Shown here piece after piece: positions 47,715 to 56,604 of a stretch of DNA of 64,000 bases; the first letter of the stretch is position 1, and each line of letters starts with the position of its first letter. Made by a program: the position numbers and the translations under genes. The notes under the pieces were generated by a model. It searched no databases, was not told where the DNA came from, and saw only the letters and a program-made list of their open reading frames with translations. The stretch is from Syntrophorhabdaceae bacterium (GTDB lineage: Bacteria; Desulfobacterota; Syntrophorhabdia; Syntrophorhabdales; Syntrophorhabdaceae). The DNA lies in contig OY762209.1 of NCBI GenBank assembly GCA_963665295.1, positions 2,016,001-2,080,000 on the forward strand. The letters run 5' to 3'.

Positions 47715-49348
47715 CACGCTCCTTCCTTCACCCACTCTTTTATGATGGAGCCCACAAGGGCCTTATCCTTCATAGCCTCCGTGAGCGCGCTCTGCGGTTT
47801 TTCCTCCAGAGCCGGTGCTCCTACCGGGGGATTCAACGGGGTCTTGCCTGCTGTTTTCTGGTTTTTTGTATAGACATCCTTTATCTGGTGAAGGGCAACC
47901 GTATCGGTGCCGCGTTTCTTGAGTATGTTCAGTATGGGCCTCAAGATGAACAGGTAGATGGACAACAGGATCGCCACATAGAAGACATACTTGCCCGCGT
48001 TAAAGATGAGGTCGTTCCGCTGTTCCTTGTCCATGACCGCTTTTTCCTCGGAGAAGGTGTCCGTCTCAAAGGGGATGTTCAGAACCTCTATCTTATCGCC
48101 CCTTTCTTCACTGTAGCCCACGGCCCTTGCCACGAGATTCTTCACGTCCGCCAGTTCCTTCTGGGACCGGGGCAGATACTTGATCTCCTCCCCCTTTGCC
48201 CCTTTGACCTTTTCATACTTGCCGTCCACCACTATGGCGAGAGATATCTTCTTGATGTCACCGAAGGGCTCCACGATCTTCCTCACCGATTTGCTCACCT
48301 CATAGGAGATCTGGCTTTCCTCTCTTTCCGAGTCATTCAGCTTCTGAGGGGGCTCCTGTTTCTGAGGGGCGCCCGGAGGCGCTCCGCCTGCGGCGACCTG
48401 GGGACTGTTCGAAGCCACTCCCGGCACTCCGCCCGCGCCTTTCTGGTTCTGGCTGGTCGATTTTTCCCTGCTTTTCCGTTCGTTCGTTATTGCCGACTTT
48501 CCAGGCAGGTACTCCTCCTCGACCTTTTCCACCTTTCTCAGGTTGAGTTCCACGTTGGCCCGTACGATCGATTTGCTCGCGGGGATGAACTTATCGAGCA
48601 TGGACTGTATCGATTCTTCCACCCTTTTCTCCACGTTCTTCTGGAGCTCGTACTGCTGTCCCGAAAGGACGACCGGTGAATTGGCGTCGCCACTCTTGTA
48701 GAGGATCGCGCCGGAGGAGTCTATTATGGAGACATTTTCCGGCTTCAGGTTTTCGATGCTCCCCGATACGAGCTGAACTATGCCGGATATCTGATCCTTA
48801 GCCAATGTTCTGCCCGGTTTCAGCTTGAGAAATACGGAAGCGGTGACGTCCCTTTCCTTATCGGTAAAGAGGGTTTTCTCGGGAATAGCCAGGTGGACCC
48901 TCGATCCCTTGACCTCCGGCATCTGATTTATGGTCCTCGACAGTTCCCCTTGTATGGCCCTTTTGTAGTTGACGTTCTGCATGAACTCGGTCATGCCGTA
49001 GTTCGTCTTGTCAAAGAGCTCGAAACCTACTCCGGCGCTGCCGGGCAGCGAATTCTGGGAGGCGAGCATAAGCCTTACATCGTAAACCTTCTCTTTGGGG
49101 ACGGAGATCGTATTCCCTCCCAGCCCCAGCTTGTAAGGGATCTTCTGTTCCTTCAGTTTCGTGACGATCATGGAAGCGTCTTCAGTGGAAAGTCCCGTGA
49201 AGAGGGTATTATAATTCTCTTTTTGCAGGAATGAGAGTCCTATTATGGACCCGCCTACTATCGCAACGAAGGCGAGGAGGTAGGTGTACAGTTTTGCCTT
49301 CGGAACACCCTGTATGAAGCCCTTCGCTTTTGCGAGATATTCTTCCAT
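47714..49348 (-). CDS. fliF: MS-ring protein FliF
   Basis: GFELFDK, RAIQGELSRTI, RVHLAIP, TASVFL; two transmembrane segments. Confidence 0.95.
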   Translation of the reverse strand: MEEYLAKAKGFIQGVPKAKLYTYLLAFVAIVGGSIIGLSFLQKENYNTLFTGLSTEDASMIVTKLKEQKIPYKLGLGGNTISVPKEKVYDVRLMLASQNSLPGSAGVGFELFDKTNYGMTEFMQNVNYKRAIQGELSRTINQMPEVKGSRVHLAIPEKTLFTDKERDVTASVFLKLKPGRTLAKDQISGIVQLVSGSIENLKPENVSIIDSSGAILYKSGDANSPVVLSGQQYELQKNVEKRVEESIQSMLDKFIPASKSIVRANVELNLRKVEKVEEEYLPGKSAITNERKSREKSTSQNQKGAGGVPGVASNSPQVAAGGAPPGAPQKQEPPQKLNDSEREESQISYEVSKSVRKIVEPFGDIKKISLAIVVDGKYEKVKGAKGEEIKYLPRSQKELADVKNLVARAVGYSEERGDKIEVLNIPFETDTFSEEKAVMDKEQRNDLIFNAGKYVFYVAILLSIYLFILRPILNILKKRGTDTVALHQIKDVYTKNQKTAGKTPLNPPVGAPALEEKPQSALTEAMKDKALVGSIIKEWVKEGA

Positions 49349-49351
49349 CGC

Positions 49352-49642
49352 TTACACCTGCATCCGCATTATCTCTTCGTAGGCGCTGATGATCTTATTC
49401 CGGACCTGCATCATCAATTGAAAGGAGACGTCCGCTTTTTCAATGGCGATCATCGTGTTATGAACGTCCTGGGTCTCCATCTTCGCGAGCTGTTCCGTCT
49501 GGGCGTTGGCCTCTTTTTCGAGTTCCCCCACCTTCTGGATGGAGTCTTTGAGGATCTGGCTGAAGGAGCCCGGGGCTTTCTTTTCGGGCCGGGCGACTTT
49601 GCTCTCGACAAGTGGTCCAAGGTTTAGATTTTCAATCTTCAT
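49352..49642 (-). CDS. fliE: FliE
   Basis: MIAIEKA...QVRNKIISAYEEIMRMQV. Confidence 0.95.
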   Translation of the reverse strand: MKIENLNLGPLVESKVARPEKKAPGSFSQILKDSIQKVGELEKEANAQTEQLAKMETQDVHNTMIAIEKADVSFQLMMQVRNKIISAYEEIMRMQV

Positions 49643-49650
49643 ACGGCCTC

Positions 49651-50082
49651 CTACCTGCCTATTTCCAGGGCCTTCAGGAACATGTCCTTCGTCGTGTTTA
49701 CCACGTTGACATTCGCCTCATACGCCCTCGTGGCAACCATCATGTCGGCCATTTCCTGCATGAGGTTGACGTTGGGATACTCGACATACCCTTCGCCGTT
49801 TGCGTCGGGGTGGGAAGGATCGAAGGTTTTCTGGAAAGGGGTGTCGCTTGTCCTTATCTCTCCCACCTTTACCCCTTCGATCTTTTCCGAAAACACGCGG
49901 TCGAACCTTTGGTTCTCCGAAAGATCGACAGGAACGAAAGTGACCTCTTTCTTCCGGTACGGTCCTCCGTCGTCGGACTTCGTGCTGTGGATGTTGGCGA
50001 GGTTTGTGGCGATCGTCTCCATCCTTATCCTCTGTGCGTTCAGTGCCGACGCGCCTACCTTGAGAATGCTGAGAATTCCCAT
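49651..50082 (-). CDS. flgC: Rod protein FlgC
   Basis: NLANIHST, GPYRKK, DPSHPDA, YPNVN, ATRAYEAN. Confidence 0.95.
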   Translation of the reverse strand: MGILSILKVGASALNAQRIRMETIATNLANIHSTKSDDGGPYRKKEVTFVPVDLSENQRFDRVFSEKIEGVKVGEIRTSDTPFQKTFDPSHPDANGEGYVEYPNVNLMQEMADMMVATRAYEANVNVVNTTKDMFLKALEIGR

Positions 50083-50084
50083 GA

Positions 50085-50426
50085 TTATCCTCTCCCTTCT
50101 CTTATTATGTACTTCATAAGGGCAAACTTCTTTGAAATGACGCGGGCAAGGGAGTTGAAGTACAGGCTGTTTTCCGTAATCTTCATTATCTGGTCCTCCA
50201 TGTTGACCGTGTTCCCATCCGAACTGTTGAGACCGTTGTACTCCGTCTTCTCCGTCACCTTTATGTCCTCGGTGCCCTTCGTCATTCTCTCCCGGAGCGC
50301 CGCGTTGAAGTCCACGTCCTTCTCTTTGTAATTGGGAGTTTCCACATTCGCCACATTACTCGCAAGGACCTTGTGGTAGAATGACCGGATGTTAAGTGCT
50401 TTTTCGACGAGATCTGTTACTTCCAT
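50085..50426 (-). CDS. flgB: Rod protein FlgB
   Basis: SNVANVETPNYKEKDVDF, DGNTVNME. Confidence 0.92.
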   Translation of the reverse strand: MEVTDLVEKALNIRSFYHKVLASNVANVETPNYKEKDVDFNAALRERMTKGTEDIKVTEKTEYNGLNSSDGNTVNMEDQIMKITENSLYFNSLARVISKKFALMKYIIREGRG

Positions 50427-51721
50427 CAGTACTCCTTCATGGGGACCTCTATCCCCATGTCCTTGTATTCCGTTATCTTGTTCCTGAGTGTCCTGACCGT
50501 AATGCCGAGGATGGAGGCGGCCCTTGTCCTGTTTCCCTTTACCGATTTCAACGCGTCCAAAATCAGTTTCGTTTCCATTTCCTTGACCGACCCGCCGGTC
50601 CGTGTGGTCTCTTTCGACGTGTCCGTGTCCTTAAGATGCATCACCTTGATCACGGAATAGTTGGAAAGGATGCATGCCCTCGCGATGGTATTGTCGAGTT
50701 GTCTCACATTCCCCTTCCAGGTCTGCTCCATCAGGTATTCCATTGCCTCATGATCGATCCTCGTGTCCATGCCTTTGGAATACTTCTTCAATAAATGTGC
50801 CACAAGCTCCGGGATGTCATCCCGTCTCTCCCTGAGGGGCGGTACAAGGATGGGAAACACGTTGAGCCTGTAAAAAAGGTCCTCCCGAAACTTGCCGTCC
50901 TCGACCAGGGCGCCCACATTTTTGTTTGTCGTCGCAATGACCCTTACATCCACCTTCTTCGGATACTTGCCGCCTACGATCTCGATTTCCCTTTCCTGCA
51001 ATACCCGGAGGAGTTTGGCCTGGAGCCTGAAATCCATCTCCGTTACTTCATCGAGGAGGATGGTGCCCTTGTCGGCAAGCTCGAATTTGCCCGGTTTCTT
51101 CATGTTTGCCCCGGTAAAGGCGCCTTTTTCATACCCGAAAAGCTCGCTTTCAAGCAGGTTTTCCGGGAGGGCCGCGCAGTTTACCGCCACAAAGGGCTGT
51201 CCCTGGCGGTCGCTGTTCTCGTGGACATACCGGGAGACCAGCTCTTTCCCCACTCCGCTTTCGCCGAGAACGAGGACGGTGGTGTCCGATTTTGCGACCC
51301 TTTCCGCCTTCATGAGGACCGCTTTCATCTCCCTCGACGCATAGATGATCCTTCCCGCGTTTACTGCCAGGGCGCGCTTCACCACGCTGTAAAGGGTTTC
51401 CGTGTTAAAAGGCTTCTGAATGTAATCGAAGGCCCCTTCCTTTATCACCCTTACCGCGTCCTGGATCGTCCCGTAGCCGGTAATGAGGATGACCGGCAGG
51501 AGAGGGGACATCTCCCTCACATGGGAGAGAAGGTCCATGCCGTTAAGGCGCGGCATCTTCACGTCGGTAATCATGAGATCGAGGGGGTTTTTCTTGACCG
51601 CATCAACCGCCTCCATGCCGTCTTCGGCAACGGAGACCGCATAGCCTGCCTTGGTGAGCGATTCCTTCAGCGCCAGTCTCATGTGGTAATCATCGTCAAC
51701 GACAAGTACATTGGTTCTCAT
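50426..51721 (-). CDS. sigma54-dependent response regulator (FleR/FlrC/FlgR-like)
   Basis: Receiver domain, AAA+ (GESGVGKE, GAFTGA, FREDLFYRLNV) and Fis-type HTH. Confidence 0.92.
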   Translation of the reverse strand: MRTNVLVVDDDYHMRLALKESLTKAGYAVSVAEDGMEAVDAVKKNPLDLMITDVKMPRLNGMDLLSHVREMSPLLPVILITGYGTIQDAVRVIKEGAFDYIQKPFNTETLYSVVKRALAVNAGRIIYASREMKAVLMKAERVAKSDTTVLVLGESGVGKELVSRYVHENSDRQGQPFVAVNCAALPENLLESELFGYEKGAFTGANMKKPGKFELADKGTILLDEVTEMDFRLQAKLLRVLQEREIEIVGGKYPKKVDVRVIATTNKNVGALVEDGKFREDLFYRLNVFPILVPPLRERRDDIPELVAHLLKKYSKGMDTRIDHEAMEYLMEQTWKGNVRQLDNTIARACILSNYSVIKVMHLKDTDTSKETTRTGGSVKEMETKLILDALKSVKGNRTRAASILGITVRTLRNKITEYKDMGIEVPMKEY

Positions 51722-52809
51722 ATCTTTTCCTTTGGTATGCAGATAATAAAGGATGATCCCGAACCTTCGACGGATTCGACCTCGATATAGCCCTGGTGGG
51801 CCTGTATGATGTTATAGGCTATGAAGAGCCCGAGGCCGACGCCCTTGTCCTTGGTGGTAAAGAAGGGATTGAATATGTTCTTCCTCACCTCTTCGGACAT
51901 GCCGCACCCGCTGTCCTTGATCACGATGAGCGCATATTTTCCCTCCTCCCTCACTGTCAGGGATATGGCTCCGCCTCTTTCGATGGCTTCCATGGCGTTG
52001 CTGATAAAATTCATGAGAACGAGTTTCACGAGGTCGGGGTCAAAGTGGCAGAGCGCCTCGGAAGAGCTGTCGAATTTGACCTCTATGTCACGGCTCTTTG
52101 CGGAAATGCTCATGAAATCAAGTATTTCCTCGATGACCTTCGAGAGTCTCTCCTCTTTCAGGACGAGGGTCTTGGGCCTTGTGTAGGAGAGGATGTTGTT
52201 GATGATTCTGTCGATGGTCTTGACCCCGAAAAGTACGTGGTCCACATATTTCCTGTCCCTGACCCTCAGCTTTTCACCCTGCAGCAAGGACAGAAAAAGT
52301 TCCATGCTGCCCAGGGGGTTCTTTATCTCGTGGGAGATCCTTGCGGCCATCTCTCCCATGGCTCGGAGTCTCTCGTCCCTTTCGAGCCGCTCTTTCATCT
52401 TCTCGATCTCGGTTACGTCTTCGAAGACGATGACTTCTTTCCCCTCGAACCCGTTTGAGAGCTTCTCCTTGCTCCACCGGAAATGGCCCTTGCCGGTTCT
52501 GAGTTCTCCTGTGCTGCTGTCGCCCTTGTTGAGATTGCCGATGAGACCGTCCGAGCCCCATTGCTCCGCCTTTGTGTTGGAGAACATTATCGCTTTTTCA
52601 TCAACCACGACCACGCCGACAGGGAGGGAATCGAGGATATGGTAGAGGTACTCCTGAGACCGCGAAAGCTCCTCGTTCTTCTCCTTGATTTCTTTCTTCA
52701 ACTGTCCGATCTGGTTCTCCAGGACGTTATAGTAGTTGATTATGGAGTCGGACGCCTTGGAGAATTCGTGAAACGCGTTTTCGAGCAATTCTGTCTGTGA
52801 AGAGGCCAT
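51718..52809 (-). CDS. Cytoplasmic sensor histidine kinase (FleS/FlrB/FlgS-like)
   Basis: Coiled coil, degenerate PAS, SHEIKNPL H-box, DSGCG, FFTTK, GVGLGL; start set at ATG 52809. Confidence 0.88.
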   Translation of the reverse strand: MASSQTELLENAFHEFSKASDSIINYYNVLENQIGQLKKEIKEKNEELSRSQEYLYHILDSLPVGVVVVDEKAIMFSNTKAEQWGSDGLIGNLNKGDSSTGELRTGKGHFRWSKEKLSNGFEGKEVIVFEDVTEIEKMKERLERDERLRAMGEMAARISHEIKNPLGSMELFLSLLQGEKLRVRDRKYVDHVLFGVKTIDRIINNILSYTRPKTLVLKEERLSKVIEEILDFMSISAKSRDIEVKFDSSSEALCHFDPDLVKLVLMNFISNAMEAIERGGAISLTVREEGKYALIVIKDSGCGMSEEVRKNIFNPFFTTKDKGVGLGLFIAYNIIQAHQGYIEVESVEGSGSSFIICIPKEKI

Positions 52810-52820
52810 GCCCCACAGGA

Positions 52821-52837
52821 TGCAAGATGTGTACCAG
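52821..52837 (-). promoter_or_regulatory. sigma54 promoter of the kinase-regulator-flgB operon
   Basis: CTGGTACACATCTTGCA -24/-12 match. Confidence 0.78.
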
Positions 52838-52932
52838 TTTTGGGGAAAGCATCTTTGGAAGACGGAGAAACTGGGGGGACCTTGCTGTGAGAGATAATCG
52901 TCCTCATTTTGCCTGTCGGGCGGGAGTGAGAC

Positions 52933-52948
52933 TGTCATACTTTTGACA
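52933..52948. promoter_or_regulatory. Enhancer palindrome (FleQ-box-like)
   Basis: TGTCA-TACTTT-TGACA about 97 bp upstream of the -24 element. Confidence 0.65.
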
Positions 52949-53234
52949 TGGCCTCCGACTGATCCGTGTCAGCGGGCGGAGTCCGGAGCGACGTGCCCTG
53001 TCTTCTTCCGGTCCGCCCCTTGTAAAGGGTCTCTCCCGGGCCGCCTTTTGAGGGGAGGGAGTTTGGTCTTTGCTTTATTTAGAAATCGTAATATGGTAAG
53101 ATTCCCGTAGGTTCCGATAACCTCTTCCCTGCGGTGACGAACAGGTTGGGTTGCCTGCGGTGGAATGACACGGGGCGGCATATCAAGGCCCCCCCAAGGT
53201 CCCGGTTGCGAGATAAGAGAGGAGACAGGGAACG

Positions 53235-54728
53235 ATGAAGAAGAAAGAGCCGACGGAGACGGGTGCGGAGCGTCGAAGCAAGATGATATACGAAGACCTG
53301 CACAACGTGGAGCCTTCCGAGGACAAACTTTACAAAGCCCTTGCCAACAACTTACAGGTGGGCGTTTATATCATCCAGAACGGAAAACTGCAGTTCACCA
53401 ACATCCACATTCAGGAATATACGGGCTACACGGAAGCGGAAATGTTCAAGATGGACCCCCTCAGTATCGTCCATCCCGCCGACAGGACAGGGGCGGCCAA
53501 GAACGCCGTCAATATGCTCAAGGGGAAACGGGTGTCCCCTTACGGATACCGGCTGATGACGAAACAGGGGAAAACCAGGTGGATCATGGAAACGGTAACG
53601 CCCATCACCCTGAGAGGGGAAAGGGCCGTACTCGGCAACTCCATCGATATCACGGAGCAGAAAGAGGCAAAAGAGAGTCTTCAGGAGCTGAATGCCCTGA
53701 AATCGTCCATTCTGGACGCCATCCCTCAAGCTGTGGTGGGTCTGCAGAACAGGCGGATCAATTTTGCCAATGCCGCAGTGGAAGAGGTTTTCGGGTGGCG
53801 GCCTGAGGACCTGATAGGCAAGAGCGTCACCCGGTTCTACAGGAACGAAAAAGAGGCGGAGGAGATCGGCCGCCATTTCTACAGCACCCTCGAGCACCAG
53901 CGCACCTTCGTCTCTGAATTCCATTGCAGGCACAAGGACGGGCGGGATATCCTCTGCCGTATGAGGTCTTCCCGGATCGGGGAAAGACTGAAAGACCGGG
54001 GCATCGTCATTACCTACGAAGACATCACCGAACAAAGGCGGGCAGAGGAAGAACTTGCGAATTCGCGTGAACAGCTTCGCAACCTTTCCATACACCTTCA
54101 ATCGGTCCGGGAGAAGGAAAGCACCCGGATCGCCCGGGAGATACACGACGAACTCGGCCAGTCCCTTTCCGCCCTCCAGATGGACCTTGCCTGGCTCGGT
54201 CCCCGCTTGCCGACGGAAGACGCGGCCCTGGCGGGGAAAGTGCAGCGCATGAGACACCTCGTGGATGCCACCATAGACAGCGTCCACCGGATTTCCACGG
54301 AGCTTCGGCCCATCCTCCTCGACGATCTCGGCCTCATAGCGGCCATGGAATGGCAGGTCCAGGAGTTTCAGGGCAGGACCGGCGTTCAATGCGTTGCCCG
54401 GCTGGACTGCGAGGACAACTCGGTGGAAAAGGACCTGGCCACGACCCTTTTCCGGGTTTTTCAGGAGGCCCTTACCAATGTGGCCCGCCATGCGGAGGCA
54501 ACAAGAATAGAGGTGCGTCTCGCCCGGAAAGGCGACGAACTCTATCTCCAGGTCTCCGATAATGGAAAGGGCATCACCGCGAAACAGATCGGCGACCCCA
54601 ACTCCTTTGGGATCGTGGGTATCCGCGAACGGGTCAACATGTGGGGCGGCAGTGTGAGTATAACCGGCAAGCCGGGGAAAGGAACTATCCTCAAGGTCCG
54701 CATCCCCATGGAAAGAGGAACGCGCTGA
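53235..54728 (+). CDS. PAS-PAS sensor kinase, HisKA_3 (NarX/UhpB type)
   Basis: Two PAS/PAC domains; RIAREIHDELGQ, QEALTNVARHA, DNGKG. Confidence 0.92.
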   Translation: MKKKEPTETGAERRSKMIYEDLHNVEPSEDKLYKALANNLQVGVYIIQNGKLQFTNIHIQEYTGYTEAEMFKMDPLSIVHPADRTGAAKNAVNMLKGKRVSPYGYRLMTKQGKTRWIMETVTPITLRGERAVLGNSIDITEQKEAKESLQELNALKSSILDAIPQAVVGLQNRRINFANAAVEEVFGWRPEDLIGKSVTRFYRNEKEAEEIGRHFYSTLEHQRTFVSEFHCRHKDGRDILCRMRSSRIGERLKDRGIVITYEDITEQRRAEEELANSREQLRNLSIHLQSVREKESTRIAREIHDELGQSLSALQMDLAWLGPRLPTEDAALAGKVQRMRHLVDATIDSVHRISTELRPILLDDLGLIAAMEWQVQEFQGRTGVQCVARLDCEDNSVEKDLATTLFRVFQEALTNVARHAEATRIEVRLARKGDELYLQVSDNGKGITAKQIGDPNSFGIVGIRERVNMWGGSVSITGKPGKGTILKVRIPMERGTR

Positions 54729-54729
54729 C

Positions 54730-55362
54730 ATGATACGAATCCTTGTTGCCGATGATCATGCCGTGGTCCGGGAAGGCATAAAGCAGATCCTTGCGGACCA
54801 GGAGGGCATGGTGGTGGAGGACGAAGCGGAAAACGGACAGGAAGCCCTGCGCAAGGTCACGGAAAAGACTTATGACCTGGTCCTCCTCGACATCTCCATG
54901 CCCGGCAGGAGCGGACTGGAAATCCTCGAAGAGATGAAGGCCATGCAGCCGAAACTGCCTGTCCTTATCCTCAGCATGCACCCGGAGGAGCAATACGCCG
55001 TGCGGACGCTTCGGGCAGGTGCTTCGGGGTACCTCACCAAGGCCAGCGCGCCCAGGGAATTGATCTCGGCGATCCAGAAGGTTTCAAGGGGCGGGAAATA
55101 CGTCACTGTCTCCCTCGCCGAAAAGCTGGCCCTCGAACTGGACGCCAACGCGGAAAAGCCGCGCCATCAAAGGCTGTCGGACCGGGAATACCAGGTCATG
55201 CTCATGCTTGCCTCCGGCCAGTCGGTTAGTGAAGTGGCGGAAGAGCTCTGCCTCAGCGCAAAAACCATCAGCACCTACCGGACCCGTATTCTGGAAAAGA
55301 TGGACATGAAGAAGAATGCGGAGCTGACCCTCTATGCGGTGAAGAACAACCTCATTCTTTAA
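54730..55362 (+). CDS. NarL/LuxR-family response regulator, copy 1
   Basis: ADDHAVVREG, LDISMPG, LSDREYQV...KTISTYR. Confidence 0.93.
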   Translation: MIRILVADDHAVVREGIKQILADQEGMVVEDEAENGQEALRKVTEKTYDLVLLDISMPGRSGLEILEEMKAMQPKLPVLILSMHPEEQYAVRTLRAGASGYLTKASAPRELISAIQKVSRGGKYVTVSLAEKLALELDANAEKPRHQRLSDREYQVMLMLASGQSVSEVAEELCLSAKTISTYRTRILEKMDMKKNAELTLYAVKNNLIL

Positions 55363-55487
55363 AAGGTTCCTTTTTCCTGGTCCCCTCGTTTAAACCCGTT
55401 GTTATTCCGTCCTGATTCCTGCTTCACGCCTTCCGCGGATGCCCTTTGTGAGGGTCGTTCCCACGGGCGCGCCCGTCACTTATCCTC

Positions 55488-55561
55488 CCTTGTCAGTCAT
55501 ATACCGTCAAAGAAGCCCTTCCTTTCGCCGACACAAAAAAGAGCGCCTCCCCGATACCGCC
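55488..55561 (+). repeat. 74-bp non-coding element, copy 1
   Basis: CCTTGTCAGTCATATACCGTCAA...GCCGACACAAAAAA.AGCGCC...GATACCGCC, repeated at 56489. Confidence 0.85.
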
Positions 55562-55745
55562 TCTACCTTAAGCATGTTAAGAGAATACTGACCAAGGTCG
55601 GCATGAACGGCCTTGGACCAAGTGCGGAAGGAACGCACCATACAGGCGGGAGGGGCGGCAGGCGTCATGGCGGGCATATCCGGGCAATACGGAAAAAGGA
55701 TGGGGACCGACGTCCGTATACCCATGGAAAGAGGAAAAAGCTGAC

Positions 55746-56378
55746 ATGATACGAATCCTTGTTGCCGATGATCATGCCGTGGTCCGGGAGGGTATCAAGC
55801 AGATTCTCACCGGCCAGGAGGACATGATAGTGGAGGACGAGGCGGCAACCGGCCAGGAAGTGCTGTGCAAGATGGCGGAAAAGACTTACGACCTGGTTCT
55901 CCTCGACATCTCCATGCCCGGCAGGAGCGGAATGGAGATCCTCGAAGAGATCAAGGTCATGCGGCCGAAACTGCCTGTCCTCATCCTCAGCATGCACCCG
56001 GAAGAACAGTACGCGGTGCGGATGCTGCGCGCCGGGGCCGCGGGGTACCTCACCAAGGGCAGCGCGCCCCAGGAACTGATTTCGGCCATCCAGAAGGTCT
56101 CGGCCGGAGGGAAATACGTGACGGGCTCTCTCGCGGAGAAACTCGCCTTCGAGTTGGACGCCCGGGCGGAAAAGCCGCGCCATCAAAGGCTGTCGGACCG
56201 GGAATACCAGGTCATGCTCATGCTTGCCTCCGGCCAGTCGGTAAGTGAAGTGGCGGAGGAACTCTGCCTCAGCGCAAAAACCATCAGCACCTACCGGATT
56301 CGTATTCTGCAAAAGATGGACATGAAGAAGAATGCGGAGCTGACCCTCTATGCGGTGAAGAACAATCTCATCCTCTGA
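55746..56378 (+). CDS. NarL/LuxR-family response regulator, copy 2
   Basis: 24 differences from copy 1 over 210 aa by manual comparison. Confidence 0.93.
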   Translation: MIRILVADDHAVVREGIKQILTGQEDMIVEDEAATGQEVLCKMAEKTYDLVLLDISMPGRSGMEILEEIKVMRPKLPVLILSMHPEEQYAVRMLRAGAAGYLTKGSAPQELISAIQKVSAGGKYVTGSLAEKLAFELDARAEKPRHQRLSDREYQVMLMLASGQSVSEVAEELCLSAKTISTYRIRILQKMDMKKNAELTLYAVKNNLIL

Positions 56379-56488
56379 GCGGTTTCTTTTAGAATCCCCC
56401 TATGGATACCCACTATTTTCCCCGGCTTTTCCGGATTTGTCATGGGCAAAAACCCGTTTCCCCCCCGGTCTGCCCATAGCCATTCTTT

Positions 56489-56562
56489 CCTTGTCAGTCA
56501 TATACCGTCAAGGAGGCCGTTCTGTTTGCCGACACAAAAAACAGCGCCCCCCTGATACCGCC
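56489..56562 (+). repeat. 74-bp non-coding element, copy 2
   Basis: Gap-free match in conserved blocks to 55488-55561; ends 42 nt before the acyl-CoA ligase ATG. Confidence 0.85.
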
Positions 56563-56604
56563 CGTGTTTTAGCCGTGGTATCAATATAAACAGTGAAGGT
56601 TGAC

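Noticed and set aside
22208..52645. Many long plus-strand ORFs (e.g. 22208-23821, 27772-29004, 45081-46055)
   Set aside because: They are antisense shadows of well-supported minus-strand genes and show no recognisable motifs.
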